Below, in pieces: positions 17,311 through 27,459 of a stretch of DNA of 58,434 nucleotides. A program made the position numbers and the translations under genes. Source of the DNA: Flavobacteriales bacterium (lineage in GTDB: Bacteria; Bacteroidota; Bacteroidia; Flavobacteriales; BACL11); assembly GCA_036012565.1 (NCBI GenBank), contig DASCPP010000111.1, positions 1 to 58,434 of the forward strand, written 5' to 3'. Below the pieces are notes generated by a model that did no database searches, was not told the DNA's origin, and saw only the letters and a list, made by a program, of their open reading frames with translations. How positions within the stretch are numbered: the first letter of the stretch is position 1; each line of letters starts with the position of its first letter.

Positions 17311-20300
17311 ATGATAAAACTCTCTTTTAAAAATCCTTACTTAATTATCGTGTTAGCGCTATTAGTGTCTGTTATGTCCATTGTGTTAGTGCCTAGAATG
17401 CCGGTAGATATTTTACCTCAATTCAAAAAATCAGCTATGCAAATTCTTACGCTTTACCCAGGAATGCCAGCTGAGGTGGTGGAAAAAGACATCACTAGTC
17501 GTATGGAAAGATGGACTGGACAATCAAATGGAATTTTAAAACAAGAGTCTAAAAGTTTAATGGGCGTAAGTTTGGTGACTAATTATTATCAAGAAGATGT
17601 GACGGCTGCTGAGGCTATGGCTAACACCTCCTCTTACGCTATGTCAGATATGTATTATCAACCGCCAGGCACTCTTCCTCCCATGGTACAACCTTTTGAT
17701 CCTACCGCATCCAAGCCTTTGATGTTACTGACAGTTAGTTCTGATATTAGAAATGGTAAAGAACTTTACGGATTAGCTTATTATTCCCTCAGACAAATGC
17801 TTAGTGGAGTGAAAGGCGTAATTTGTCCTGCCGCTTATGGAGGATCAAAAAGAAGAATTTATATTTATGTAAATCCTGCAAAAATTGAAGCTTTGGGGAT
17901 TTCGCAAACCGAAATTTCTGAGGCGATTCTGAAAAATACCACTATGATTCCTTCCGGAATTGCTGAAATTGGGAATTTAACTTACGCCATTGATGCGCAA
18001 GGGACTATAAAGCATGTGGAAGAATTTAATGATATTGTTATTACCCACCGAAACGGAATCCCTATCTATGTAAAAGATATTGGTGTAGCATCTGATGCTA
18101 GTGCTATTCAAACTAATATTGTGCGTATTGATGGCAAAGAACAGGTATATTTACCTGTTTTCAAAAGACAGGGAGCAAATACCATTGCATCTGTTGATGC
18201 GGTGAAAAAAGCATTACCACAACTAAAAGACAGAATGCCAGAGGATGTAAATTTAAATGTAATATTTGATCAATCTTCATATGTAAAAAGTGCTATTTCG
18301 TCTTTGGTTTTTTCAGGAATTAGTGGTTTGATTTTAGTAATTTTGATATTATTCTTGTTTCTAGGGAACTATCGTTCAGCATTTATTGTTTCCCTCTCTT
18401 TACCTTTATCTATTATGACAGCTTTTATAGTTTTGTCTATTACAGGGCAAGCTGTTAATAGCATAACCCTTGGAGGGATTGCTTTGGTTTTAGGTCTCTT
18501 GGTAGATAATTCGATTGTCGTTTTAGAAAATATTGATAGGCATTTACAAATGGGGAAAAGCGCTACAAAAGCTGCTTTAGATGCCGCATTAGAAGTTGCC
18601 ACTCCAGTATTAGCCTCTACTTTGGTTATCATTGTGGTTTTTATTCCAACCTTATTTTTAACAGGAATTGCTAAAGATTTATTCTCTCCATTAGCTATTA
18701 CGGTAGCAGGGGCAATGCTCGGATCTTATATCTTCTCCTTAACTTTAATTCCAATAACCGCTGCGAATTTATTTAAGAATCATTTACCAAGCGGGGAAGA
18801 AAAAGAAAGAACAGGATTTAGAAAGACAGTTGAAAAATGGAAAAATACTTATCAAAATACTTTAGAAAATGTATTACAAAAAAAGAACTCTTATTTGGGC
18901 TTTACACTTGCGTTGTTTGTTCTTTCTATAGTTGGATTTGTTAATCTGGGTTATGAATTATTTCCAAAAACAGATGTTGGGCAAATGGAAATTCTAATCC
19001 GAAAAGAATCCGGAACACCTCTTAGAACAACTGAAAAAACGATTGCTAAAATGGAAAAAATCCTAAAAGAAGTAATGGGAAATGATTTGACACAAACGGT
19101 TTCTAACATTGGCGTATTTTATGATTTGCCAGCAGCCTATACGCCTAATTCCGGCACACAAGATGCTTTCATCAAAGTTCAATTGACTGAAAATCACACG
19201 CAATCTACGGATAGTTATGTGCCTATTCTAAGAGAAAAATTCCATAGAGAATTTCCTGGAGTTGAAGTAAGTTTTAATACAGGAGGATTAATTACTGCAG
19301 CACTAAATGAAGGAAAAACATCTCCAATTGATGTGCAAGTAAAAGGAAATAAATTAGAAGTGTTGCGAGCATTAGCTGAACGATTAAGAGATACCATAAA
19401 TGCAATTCCAACAACAAGGGATGTGCGCATTTTGCAGAGGATTGATCAGCCTACTAAAGAAATGAATATTGATAGGGTAAAGGCAGCAGAATTAGGGGTG
19501 GAACCTGTTGATGCTATCCAAAATTTGGTATCGGCATTGAACTCATCTACAACTTTCAATAAGGCCTTTTGGATAGATGAAAACAATGGAAACCATTACT
19601 ATGTTGGGGTTACTTATCCTGAAAGTGAAATCAATAAAGAACATACATTAGAAAATGTAATTGCAACTTCCAAATTTGGGAATCCTGTTCCGTATAAATT
19701 GTTTTCTAGAATAAGAGAAACTACTCAGCCGGTAGAAATCAATCATCATAATTTAACAAGAGAATTTAATGTCTATGCTAATGTGGAGGGAGTAGATATT
19801 GGAAGCGTTTCGGATGAAATTGCTTTGCGAATTAAAGAATTCAGAAAAAATTTACCTAAAGGCTATGAAGTGAACTTTGAAGGAGAAGTAGCGGTTATGA
19901 AAAGTTCATTTGCTAATTTAGGACTAGGGCTGTTTTTAGCAGTGCTTTTTGCATTTCTTATTATTACACCTCTTTTCAAATCTTTTCGTCAACCACTCAT
20001 AATTATTTTAGCAATTCCATTTGGATTAATAGGTATTGTTGCTTTAATGATACTAACTAACACCAATTTAAGCATACAATCCATTATGGGAATTATCATG
20101 ATGGTAGGAATATCTGTTTCTTACGGAAACATCCTAATTGACAGAATCAACAACTTAATTAAGGAAGGAGTGCAAAAAAGGATGGCTATTATCAATGGGT
20201 CTTCCGACCGATTCCGCCCAGTAGTCATGACAGCTGCCACTACAGTTTTTGGACTTTTGCCTACTGCTATTGGCATAGGAGAAACCGGAGGAGCAAATGT

Positions 20301-20412
20301 GCCATTGGCTATAGCTGTAATTGGAGGGACAATAACAGCAACACTCCTTACTCTATATATTATTCCAATATTTTATTTACTGATTGCAAAAACACAAAAT
20401 AATGAAAACTAA
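17311..20412 (+). CDS. RND-family efflux transporter, inner-membrane permease subunit
   Basis: 1033 aa. AcrB/CzcA-type architecture with two large periplasmic loops and 12 predicted TM segments. Confidence 0.9.
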   Translation: MIKLSFKNPYLIIVLALLVSVMSIVLVPRMPVDILPQFKKSAMQILTLYPGMPAEVVEKDITSRMERWTGQSNGILKQESKSLMGVSLVTNYYQEDVTAAEAMANTSSYAMSDMYYQPPGTLPPMVQPFDPTASKPLMLLTVSSDIRNGKELYGLAYYSLRQMLSGVKGVICPAAYGGSKRRIYIYVNPAKIEALGISQTEISEAILKNTTMIPSGIAEIGNLTYAIDAQGTIKHVEEFNDIVITHRNGIPIYVKDIGVASDASAIQTNIVRIDGKEQVYLPVFKRQGANTIASVDAVKKALPQLKDRMPEDVNLNVIFDQSSYVKSAISSLVFSGISGLILVILILFLFLGNYRSAFIVSLSLPLSIMTAFIVLSITGQAVNSITLGGIALVLGLLVDNSIVVLENIDRHLQMGKSATKAALDAALEVATPVLASTLVIIVVFIPTLFLTGIAKDLFSPLAITVAGAMLGSYIFSLTLIPITAANLFKNHLPSGEEKERTGFRKTVEKWKNTYQNTLENVLQKKNSYLGFTLALFVLSIVGFVNLGYELFPKTDVGQMEILIRKESGTPLRTTEKTIAKMEKILKEVMGNDLTQTVSNIGVFYDLPAAYTPNSGTQDAFIKVQLTENHTQSTDSYVPILREKFHREFPGVEVSFNTGGLITAALNEGKTSPIDVQVKGNKLEVLRALAERLRDTINAIPTTRDVRILQRIDQPTKEMNIDRVKAAELGVEPVDAIQNLVSALNSSTTFNKAFWIDENNGNHYYVGVTYPESEINKEHTLENVIATSKFGNPVPYKLFSRIRETTQPVEINHHNLTREFNVYANVEGVDIGSVSDEIALRIKEFRKNLPKGYEVNFEGEVAVMKSSFANLGLGLFLAVLFAFLIITPLFKSFRQPLIIILAIPFGLIGIVALMILTNTNLSIQSIMGIIMMVGISVSYGNILIDRINNLIKEGVQKRMAIINGSSDRFRPVVMTAATTVFGLLPTAIGIGETGGANVPLAIAVIGGTITATLLTLYIIPIFYLLIAKTQNNEN

Positions 20413-21463
20413 ATTTTTAATTTCAATCCTAACAATTTCTTTGCTTTCTTGTACTAATGATACACATCAGCAAAATGAAAGTACGGAAACAGATTTGAAA
20501 ATCACTACAGTTAAAGTGGTAAATCCACAGCAAAGGAGCTTTACTTCTGTTTTGCAAATTATTGCAAATGCTATCCCAAACAAACGGGTGGATATTCATG
20601 CTATGGAAGGAGGATTCCTTTCAGAATTGAAGAAAGATATTGGAGATAAAGTGTATGAAGGAAATGTATTGGCAATACTGAATAATCCTGAATTAAAAAG
20701 AGAGTTGGAAATAAATAAAGTAGCAAAAGAAGTAGCTGAAGCCAATTATTTGAGATTTAAAAAAGTAATTGCCAAAACGCCTGAACTTACCACTTTACAA
20801 GAATTTGAGAAAGTAGAAGCCACATATTTAATGGCAAATGCTAAATATCAGGCAACTTTAAATAGGGATAGTTTACTGACTATTCGAGCACCTTTTAGCG
20901 GAATTATTACTGCAAGAAATATAGAATTAGGAGCATTGATTCAAAGTGGAATAAACAACAGTAATTCTATCATTCTTTTTGAATTGATGGATGTAGATAT
21001 TATTCGTTTGACTGTTGCACTTCCCGAAACGGAAGTGGATAATATTAGTAACGGTATGGAAGCTGTAATCTCGTTTACTGAACTTCCAGGAAGGGAGTTC
21101 CCTGCTCAAGTTTCTCGAATGGCAAATGCTATTGATAATCGCACCAAAACTATGGAAGTACAATTTGATATTTCAAACAAAAATGGAAAAATAAAAGCGG
21201 GCATGTATGCTAATGTTGAACTTCAGCTGCAATCCACTAACGATAAAATATCCTTACCCAATGAGGCGCTTATTGCAATAAAAAGTGAGTTTTTTATTTT
21301 ACAAGTAAAGAATGGGATTGTAGAAAAAACCCTTATTAAGAAGGGTTTATCTAATAGTAAATATTTTGAAGTCTTGAGCAATGAAGTTAATGAAAATACT
21401 CAAGTTATTATAGAAGGGAAAGCCATGGTGAAAGACGGAATAAAGGTTAAAATAAGCAAATAG
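20402..21463 (+). CDS. RND efflux periplasmic adaptor (membrane fusion protein), lipoprotein
   Basis: Start at the ATG at 20402 (MKTKFLISILTISLLSC lipobox), overlapping the permease stop. Has a lipoyl/barrel-sandwich-like region (..VLAILNNPEL.., ..IRAPFSGIIT..). Confidence 0.85.
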   Translation: MKTKFLISILTISLLSCTNDTHQQNESTETDLKITTVKVVNPQQRSFTSVLQIIANAIPNKRVDIHAMEGGFLSELKKDIGDKVYEGNVLAILNNPELKRELEINKVAKEVAEANYLRFKKVIAKTPELTTLQEFEKVEATYLMANAKYQATLNRDSLLTIRAPFSGIITARNIELGALIQSGINNSNSIILFELMDVDIIRLTVALPETEVDNISNGMEAVISFTELPGREFPAQVSRMANAIDNRTKTMEVQFDISNKNGKIKAGMYANVELQLQSTNDKISLPNEALIAIKSEFFILQVKNGIVEKTLIKKGLSNSKYFEVLSNEVNENTQVIIEGKAMVKDGIKVKISK

Positions 21464-22746
21464 TGAAGCAATTATTGTTCATAGGGTTTTTGAGCTTTGT
21501 AATTACAGTTAATGCACAAGACACTTTGTATTTGTCACATAACAAATTGCTTGAGTTGACACTCAATCAGAATTTGCAAATTCAGAGTAATGAACTTAAA
21601 TTTAGATTAGCTAAAGCATCTTTTTACAAAAGTATTGGTAAAGCATTGCCGACATTAGGAACGGGAATGAATCGCTATGAACTCAGTGGTTTCACCCAAA
21701 GCACCACAGGGGAATTTGTAGATGTAAATAAAAATAATGAGTGGAGCGGAAAAAGTTACCGATTAAGTTGGGATTTGAGCGAATTGATCTTTAATTCAGT
21801 TGCTGAAAAGAAAGGGGTAAAAGCCGCTTTTTACAACAAAGAGGTCAATAATATTGATGAAAAAATTAAGGTTTTCAGCAATTATTATCGTTTGCTAGCA
21901 AGTGAAGAGAAGGAAAAAGCAACTGCTTCATTTGTTAGAAAAAATACAGAAATTGTTGCTCAATTGCAATTGCAAGTATCGGCTGGTTTGCGTTTGCAAT
22001 CTGAACTATTACTGGCGCAATCCAATTTGAATAACTTGAAAATAAAGTTGCTCCAACAGCAGCAAATTACTACTGAATTATCTCAGAAATTATTAGCAAC
22101 CCTTAATGTTGAGGGTAATTATATTTTGAAAACAGATTGCGATTTTTATGCTAAAAATGCAAGTACTATAAACGATTTTAATTTGGAAGAAAAACTAAAT
22201 AATCGCTTTGAGTTGCAACAATTAAGTAGTGAAGTATCTGCATTGAAATGGAAAAAAAATAGGGAGTTGTATGGACTGTTATTGCCCAAAATTTCTTTTG
22301 GAATGAATGATGGATTGTTGGGACCTATTAATCAAGATGCTTTTGGAAACCAAAATATTATGACTACAACACTGATGTGGCAAATTCCTTTAGGCAATAT
22401 TTTTCCCGCCGGAAATTACAAAACGGAGAGTAGTTTATACAAACTAAAAACGCTTGAAAAATCCCAATTAGAAAATGATTTAAGAGCAGAGATGCATGCA
22501 CTTCTTGCTGCATTTAATTCTGCAAATCAGCAATATGAATTAGCTAAGCAATCATCTGAATATGCTAAATTGGCTTATGAGCAATCCTTGCAAAGGCAAC
22601 AATTAGGAACGGCCTCTCAATTGGAACTCTTTCATGCAGAAAAGGAATACTTAAACGCAAAACTGATTTATATTAATGCAATTACTTACAAGCAAGAAAC
22701 ATTTTATAAAAAAATGGCTGCATTTTCAGAAAAAGTAATGCAATAA
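21463..22746 (+). CDS. TolC-family outer membrane efflux protein
   Basis: 427 aa with a signal peptide (..VNAQ) and two-fold repeated coiled-coil/barrel organisation. GTG start overlaps the adaptor stop (TAGTG). Confidence 0.8.
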   Translation: MKQLLFIGFLSFVITVNAQDTLYLSHNKLLELTLNQNLQIQSNELKFRLAKASFYKSIGKALPTLGTGMNRYELSGFTQSTTGEFVDVNKNNEWSGKSYRLSWDLSELIFNSVAEKKGVKAAFYNKEVNNIDEKIKVFSNYYRLLASEEKEKATASFVRKNTEIVAQLQLQVSAGLRLQSELLLAQSNLNNLKIKLLQQQQITTELSQKLLATLNVEGNYILKTDCDFYAKNASTINDFNLEEKLNNRFELQQLSSEVSALKWKKNRELYGLLLPKISFGMNDGLLGPINQDAFGNQNIMTTTLMWQIPLGNIFPAGNYKTESSLYKLKTLEKSQLENDLRAEMHALLAAFNSANQQYELAKQSSEYAKLAYEQSLQRQQLGTASQLELFHAEKEYLNAKLIYINAITYKQETFYKKMAAFSEKVMQ

Positions 22747-22782
22747 AAAAAGGACTCCTTTTTTATTTATGTATTGTGTTTT

Positions 22783-23904
22783 TTAAAAGCCTAATTGCAC
22801 CCTCATCATAACTGCATCTTCTGTTATAATTTCCTCTCCATTTATCATTTCTCCAATCACATAGTTAAACATTACTCTAGTATTTGGGTTCAAATACCAA
22901 TTAATACCAACTGTGATATCTTCCAAAGTTCCAGCATTTGCAGTAGTTAAATCCATACTTGAAAGACGAACTGCAAGTTCAATTGCTCCCCAACCATTTC
23001 CGCCATAATTATTGTTTGGGTTTACACTTCCAAATACTGATAATGAATTTTTATAGGCTCTTCTTTCCCCAGTTAAAAAGTAAGAAATTTGTCCATAATA
23101 GCTACTAAGTTCAGTTTCATTTATTCCAGAAACAGTAGTTTGCAAATACTCACCTTGTAAAAATAAAGAGCCATTTACATAAGCAAATTCTCCACCTAAA
23201 ATATTAGTTTCATCTACACTGTCAAAACTAACAGAAGTCAGGTTATTTCCTAAATGATTCTCGGCTTTTGTAAAGAATCCATAAGTTTTTTCAGCATTTT
23301 TTCTGATACTATTTGCTACACCTAAATGTAATAATTTGTCATCATCATTCATAGCCAAATAAGTAATTCTGGAAGTTATATTTACATTATTTGTAGATTC
23401 TTTATCATTTCCAAAGCTATCTCCCTCACGGAAAACACCAGTTTGTAAGGATATTTTTTCGCCAAAAGTAGTGTGATACATGGCTCCAGAGTTTCTTTCT
23501 GAAGACATAGCAATTGCGAATGATCTTTCCATAAAAGTAATATATTTGCTAGAAGTAATCGCTTCTAATCTTAACGGCTCTTTAAAGTGTCCTACTCTCA
23601 AATTTCCTTTAATTGGCAACTTGTTTAGTTCCATCCAAACATCTTTAAAAGCGATTTTTCCACCAGCAAAATCCAATTGTAATTTGTATTTTACATTTCC
23701 GTAAATTTTTCCAGAATTGTAAAATCTTACTCTTCTAAATTCTGTTCCTGACATCTGGGTTGCAACATCATTTGTTGTGTTTTCCCAAACTGCCATATCG
23801 TACATAATTCTTCCTCCGAACTTTAGCTCTTTATCGGAAGATTGTGCATTAACAAATCCTATAGTTAGGACTGTTAGACTAAGCGTTAAGATCTTTTGTC
23901 TCAT
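22783..23904 (-). CDS. Phosphate-selective porin O/P family protein
   Basis: 373 aa with a signal peptide (..VNAQ) and a beta-barrel pattern ending ..RVQLGF. Lies 9 nt downstream of the Na/Pi cotransporter. Confidence 0.7.
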   Translation of the reverse strand: MRQKILTLSLTVLTIGFVNAQSSDKELKFGGRIMYDMAVWENTTNDVATQMSGTEFRRVRFYNSGKIYGNVKYKLQLDFAGGKIAFKDVWMELNKLPIKGNLRVGHFKEPLRLEAITSSKYITFMERSFAIAMSSERNSGAMYHTTFGEKISLQTGVFREGDSFGNDKESTNNVNITSRITYLAMNDDDKLLHLGVANSIRKNAEKTYGFFTKAENHLGNNLTSVSFDSVDETNILGGEFAYVNGSLFLQGEYLQTTVSGINETELSSYYGQISYFLTGERRAYKNSLSVFGSVNPNNNYGGNGWGAIELAVRLSSMDLTTANAGTLEDITVGINWYLNPNTRVMFNYVIGEMINGEEIITEDAVMMRVQLGF

Positions 23905-23913
23905 AATTCTTTT

Positions 23914-25608
23914 TTATTCTCCAATAATTGCTTCAGTAATGTTAAATACATGATCACCAATTTTTTCCAAAGAGTGAATTAAATTAATATATATCATACC
24001 TGCTTGTATCTTTACCTCTCCTTTTTCTACTCTTTGCAAGTAATTTTTTCGTATCTTATTTCTCATTGTATTAACAGTTATTTCTAATCTATCTGCTTTA
24101 TCAATCGTAACTTGACTATAATTAGTTTTGAGATTTTTTTGCATGATGTTTAATGTATCATTTACGGCGCCTATCATATCATCAAGCTGAATCTTCATTT
24201 CTGGTAAGAAGTTGACATTTTGCTCTTTTTTTCGGCTAATTTCAATTGACATTTGATAACAAATATCGCCAATACGCTCCATGTCATTTATAATAGATAT
24301 CATACTTCTGACCTTGATAGATGCTGAATCACTTAATTCTCCTTGAGATGCTTTGGCTAGATAATCTGCTATTTCCACTTCCATTCTATCTGTTATATCT
24401 TCATACTTCTTTATACGAGATAGTTTATCTTGAATTTTCTTGCTATTAGTTTCTTCTAATAGTGCTGGCATAAAACTAAAAAGTTTTTGTACTCTTTCCC
24501 CAAATTTAACAACCTCCTTATTCGCTTCAACAATTGAAAGTTCAGTTGTGCTCATTAATCCAGTACCAATATGTTCTAGGTGAAACTCTTCATCCAATTC
24601 TCCTTTTGAGGGCTGCATTTTTATTACTATGCTACTAATTAAAGGGATAAATCCTACCATAAGTAATACATTAATAATATTAAAAGTAGTATGAAATATA
24701 GAAAGACCTATAGGTATCGCTACAGATTCACCTATAATATTTAGAGGTGACAGTTGCATATTCAAAACCATATAGTTGTCAATAGTTTCAACAAAGAAAG
24801 GTAAAGCTATAATCATCCAAATAACACCAAAAATATTAAATATAAAGTGCGCTCTTGCAGATCGTTTTGCATGCACATTACCTACCATTGCAGCTAAATT
24901 AGCGGTAATAGTAGTTCCAATATTTTCTCCTAACACCATAGCAGCTGCTAGTTCAAAAGGAATATAACCTTCATAACACATTACAAGAGTTAGAGCCATT
25001 GCGGCACTAGATGACTGCACCACTAAAGTTAGAATCGTTCCCACACCAATGAAAATTATTGTTGATAAATATCCCATATCGGCATAATTAGCTAAGAAAC
25101 TTAAGAACTCAGGGTTTTGTTTAAGATCCGGAACAGAGTTTTTCAGTTCGTCAAGCCCCATAAAAAGTAATGCAAATCCAATGAATACTTCTGCCCATGA
25201 TCTAATATTAGCTTTTGAAGCAAACATCATAGGAAATCCAATAGCAATAATTGGTAATGCTATAGAGGATATTTTAACTTTAAATCCAAGGATAGCTATC
25301 AACCAAGCTGTAATTGTGGTCCCAATATTTGCCCCCATTATAACCCCTATAGATTCTACTAAAGAAAGCAGTCCTGCATTTACAAAACTTACTATCATTA
25401 CAGTAGTTGCAGAGGAGGATTGCAAGAGTGCAGTAATTAAAAATCCAGTGGTTATTCCTAAAAATCTATTAGAAGTCATTTTACTTAAAATGCTTCTCAT
25501 TTTGCTCCCTGCTACCTTTTGTATTCCATCACTCATTATCTTCATTCCAAAAATGAAAAACCCGAGCGCTCCTATAAGCTGTAATAATTCAAAAATTCCA
25601 AATTCCAT
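23914..25608 (-). CDS. Na+/phosphate cotransporter family protein with a C-terminal PhoU-like domain
   Basis: 564 aa. Duplicated Na/Pi-cotransporter membrane repeats (..QSSSATT.. / ..QSSSAAM.., GANIGTT / GENIGTT) and a helical PhoU-type C-terminus (..ERIGD.., ..EKIGDH..). Confidence 0.88.
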   Translation of the reverse strand: MEFGIFELLQLIGALGFFIFGMKIMSDGIQKVAGSKMRSILSKMTSNRFLGITTGFLITALLQSSSATTVMIVSFVNAGLLSLVESIGVIMGANIGTTITAWLIAILGFKVKISSIALPIIAIGFPMMFASKANIRSWAEVFIGFALLFMGLDELKNSVPDLKQNPEFLSFLANYADMGYLSTIIFIGVGTILTLVVQSSSAAMALTLVMCYEGYIPFELAAAMVLGENIGTTITANLAAMVGNVHAKRSARAHFIFNIFGVIWMIIALPFFVETIDNYMVLNMQLSPLNIIGESVAIPIGLSIFHTTFNIINVLLMVGFIPLISSIVIKMQPSKGELDEEFHLEHIGTGLMSTTELSIVEANKEVVKFGERVQKLFSFMPALLEETNSKKIQDKLSRIKKYEDITDRMEVEIADYLAKASQGELSDSASIKVRSMISIINDMERIGDICYQMSIEISRKKEQNVNFLPEMKIQLDDMIGAVNDTLNIMQKNLKTNYSQVTIDKADRLEITVNTMRNKIRKNYLQRVEKGEVKIQAGMIYINLIHSLEKIGDHVFNITEAIIGE

Positions 25609-25632
25609 ATTTATCGCTTTCTATTTTGGTTG

Positions 25633-25640
25633 CAAATTTA
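25633..25640 (-). promoter_or_regulatory. Bacteroidetes-type -7 promoter box for the Na/Pi transporter-porin operon
   Basis: The minus strand reads TAAATTTG, 24 nt upstream of the ATG at 25608. Confidence 0.45.
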
Positions 25641-25681
25641 TACTTTTTCTACTTTTTGATTAAAAAAATCAAATAACTTTC

Positions 25682-26740
25682 TCATGATTTACTAAAAGGG
25701 GAAAACAACTCTTCCCAGGTTGTATTATTATTTACTGTATTTGTAAATCCTGTAAAAGCAATACTCTTATCCAATGCAGTTTGCAAATCAAAATCACTTT
25801 GATTTTGAGCAAAACAAATTCCTTTTCGCATAAAGTTCTTTACTAAGTATTCTTGTTCAGTTTGTCCAGGAGTTGGAATAAAAATTGCCTTTTTGCCCAG
25901 CTTTGCTAAATCCATTATAGTGGAATAACCAGGCCTGCAAATAATAAGATCAGATTGCAAAATAGTAGTATTTAGATCTTTTGCATTAAGATGTGACTTA
26001 ATCGTTAAATTTCCTAATTGCTCACTAGTACTCAATTCCGGTTTTCCCAAAACAATTATGGATTTTTCTTCTCTGCTCTTCAGAGCTTCTATTAATCCTT
26101 TCTCCAAAATTGTTCTTTGAGGTTCAGGTCCAGAAACAAGTGCTAAAAGATCATACTTCCTTTCTTCTTCACGCTTTTTAAAACGAGATTGAACTCCTAT
26201 ATATAAGCTGTTATTGGGTAATAATTTTGGCTTGGAAAGACTCCCTGCTAGATTCTCTTTTTCACCATCCATTATCCAACAAACATCAAATTTATTAATG
26301 TATTTGTAGTTGAGCTTTCTTATTTCATCAGAAAAATAGGGGCTTTGTATTTGTAATTGATGAGTAACGAAAACAGAAGGCACTTTTGTAGTAAATAAGC
26401 CAAATCGGTTGTCTGAGATTACCCCATCAATCTCATACTCTTTTACAATTTGCTTTATAGTTTGATTTTCTTTATTTATACTCCATAATAGCTTTGGTAT
26501 TTGTAAAAGCATACTTACACTCATAGGTAGATAAGTATGGTATTTAATATTGTAGCCACTAAAACGAACCATCTCTAAATTCGGAAATTCTGTACTTAAT
26601 AAATGTAGTGGGCGCCCATCAGCAGCTAAAACTACTTCAAAGTTTTGTGAAATTAAAGCATTTATAATAGGGATGCATCTTGTAGCATGCCCGATTCCCC
26701 AATCTAGTGGCGCAACTAAGATTCTTTTTTTCGATTTCAC
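25682..26740 (-). CDS. Glycosyltransferase, MurG-like GT-B fold, substrate unknown
   Basis: N-terminus KRILVAPLDWGIGHATRCIPIINAL. Start set at the GTG at 26740, because the longer ORF to 26857 overlaps trmB and adds a non-homologous-looking extension. Confidence 0.7.
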   Translation of the reverse strand: MKSKKRILVAPLDWGIGHATRCIPIINALISQNFEVVLAADGRPLHLLSTEFPNLEMVRFSGYNIKYHTYLPMSVSMLLQIPKLLWSINKENQTIKQIVKEYEIDGVISDNRFGLFTTKVPSVFVTHQLQIQSPYFSDEIRKLNYKYINKFDVCWIMDGEKENLAGSLSKPKLLPNNSLYIGVQSRFKKREEERKYDLLALVSGPEPQRTILEKGLIEALKSREEKSIIVLGKPELSTSEQLGNLTIKSHLNAKDLNTTILQSDLIICRPGYSTIMDLAKLGKKAIFIPTPGQTEQEYLVKNFMRKGICFAQNQSDFDLQTALDKSIAFTGFTNTVNNNTTWEELFSPFSKS

Positions 26741-26765
26741 AGGCCGAAAATACTTAAAACACTCG

Positions 26766-26773
26766 TACTTTTG
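26766..26773 (+). promoter_or_regulatory. Bacteroidetes-type -7 promoter box for trmB
   Basis: TACTTTTG, 17 nt upstream of the TTG start at 26791. Confidence 0.5.
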
Positions 26774-26790
26774 TATTATACTATTAGGTT

Positions 26791-27459
26791 TTGGCAAAAA
26801 ATAAATTAAAAAAATTCGCTCAAATGAAGGATTACAATCATGTGATTGAACCATCACTAGATGAATTAAAAGCAGGATTAGCGCTAAAAGGAAAATGGAG
26901 AAAGGACTTCTTCAGAAATAATAATCCTTTGGTACTGGAACTTGGATGTGGCATGGGTGAATATAGCGTAGGGTTGGCTGAAAAATATCCTGAAAAAAAT
27001 TTCCTAGGAATCGATATTAAAGGTGCTAGAATTTGGCAAGGAGCTACTGAATCATTAGAGAAAGGAATGAAGAATGTGGGGTTTCTGCGCATTAGAATTG
27101 ATTGGATTGAAATGTGTTTTGCAAAAACGGAAGTAGATGAAATTTGGATGACCTTTCCCGATCCTCAGCTTAAAAAAAGGAGAGGAGCTAAGCGGCTGAC
27201 TCATCCAGGATTTTTAAAACGTTATAAAAAGATCTTAAAAGAAGGTGCTCCTATTCATTTAAAAACGGACAGCCAATTTTTGCATGGTTTTACACTGGGC
27301 GTTATTACTGGTGAAAATCATATTTTAGAAGATGCAACAGAGGATTTATATAATTCAAATCAGCAAAGAGAACATATGGAGATTAAAACACATTATGAGA
27401 AAATTTTCTTTAAAAAAGGATTACCGATTACTTATTTGAGGTTTAAATTGAATTATTAA
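26791..27459 (+). CDS. trmB: tRNA (guanine46-N7)-methyltransferase
   Basis: N-terminus AKNKLKKFAQM, typical of TrmB, and SAM motif LELGCGMGEY. TTG start. The first ATG (26824) would remove the conserved N-terminus. Confidence 0.88.
   Translation: MAKNKLKKFAQMKDYNHVIEPSLDELKAGLALKGKWRKDFFRNNNPLVLELGCGMGEYSVGLAEKYPEKNFLGIDIKGARIWQGATESLEKGMKNVGFLRIRIDWIEMCFAKTEVDEIWMTFPDPQLKKRRGAKRLTHPGFLKRYKKILKEGAPIHLKTDSQFLHGFTLGVITGENHILEDATEDLYNSNQQREHMEIKTHYEKIFFKKGLPITYLRFKLNY

Noticed and set aside
22745-22764. An AAAAAAGGACTCCTTTTTT hairpin between the convergent TolC and porin genes, considered as a bidirectional terminator.
   Set aside because: The stem is almost entirely A-T around a 5-nt loop and is very weak. 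It is plausible but not supportable as a feature.
25181-25663. A 160-aa plus-strand ORF, together with many other 60-140-aa ORFs in the track. Examples are 1467-1757, 2573-2986, 29502-29858, 32252-32578, 39177-39503, 40902-41222, 41695-41994, 45319-45681, 46345-46767, 46780-47109, 48880-49254, 52742-53098 and 56883-57245.
   Set aside because: All lie antisense to, or out of frame within, strongly supported conserved genes. They have low-complexity I/L/F/S/P-rich translations, no recognisable motifs and no promoter boxes. These are typical shadow ORFs of an AT-rich genome.
26741-26857. An N-terminal 39-aa extension of the glycosyltransferase ORF.
   Set aside because: It overlaps the trmB start and promoter on the other strand. 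The conserved GT N-terminus (KRILVAPLDWGIGHATRC) begins right after a GTG at 26740.
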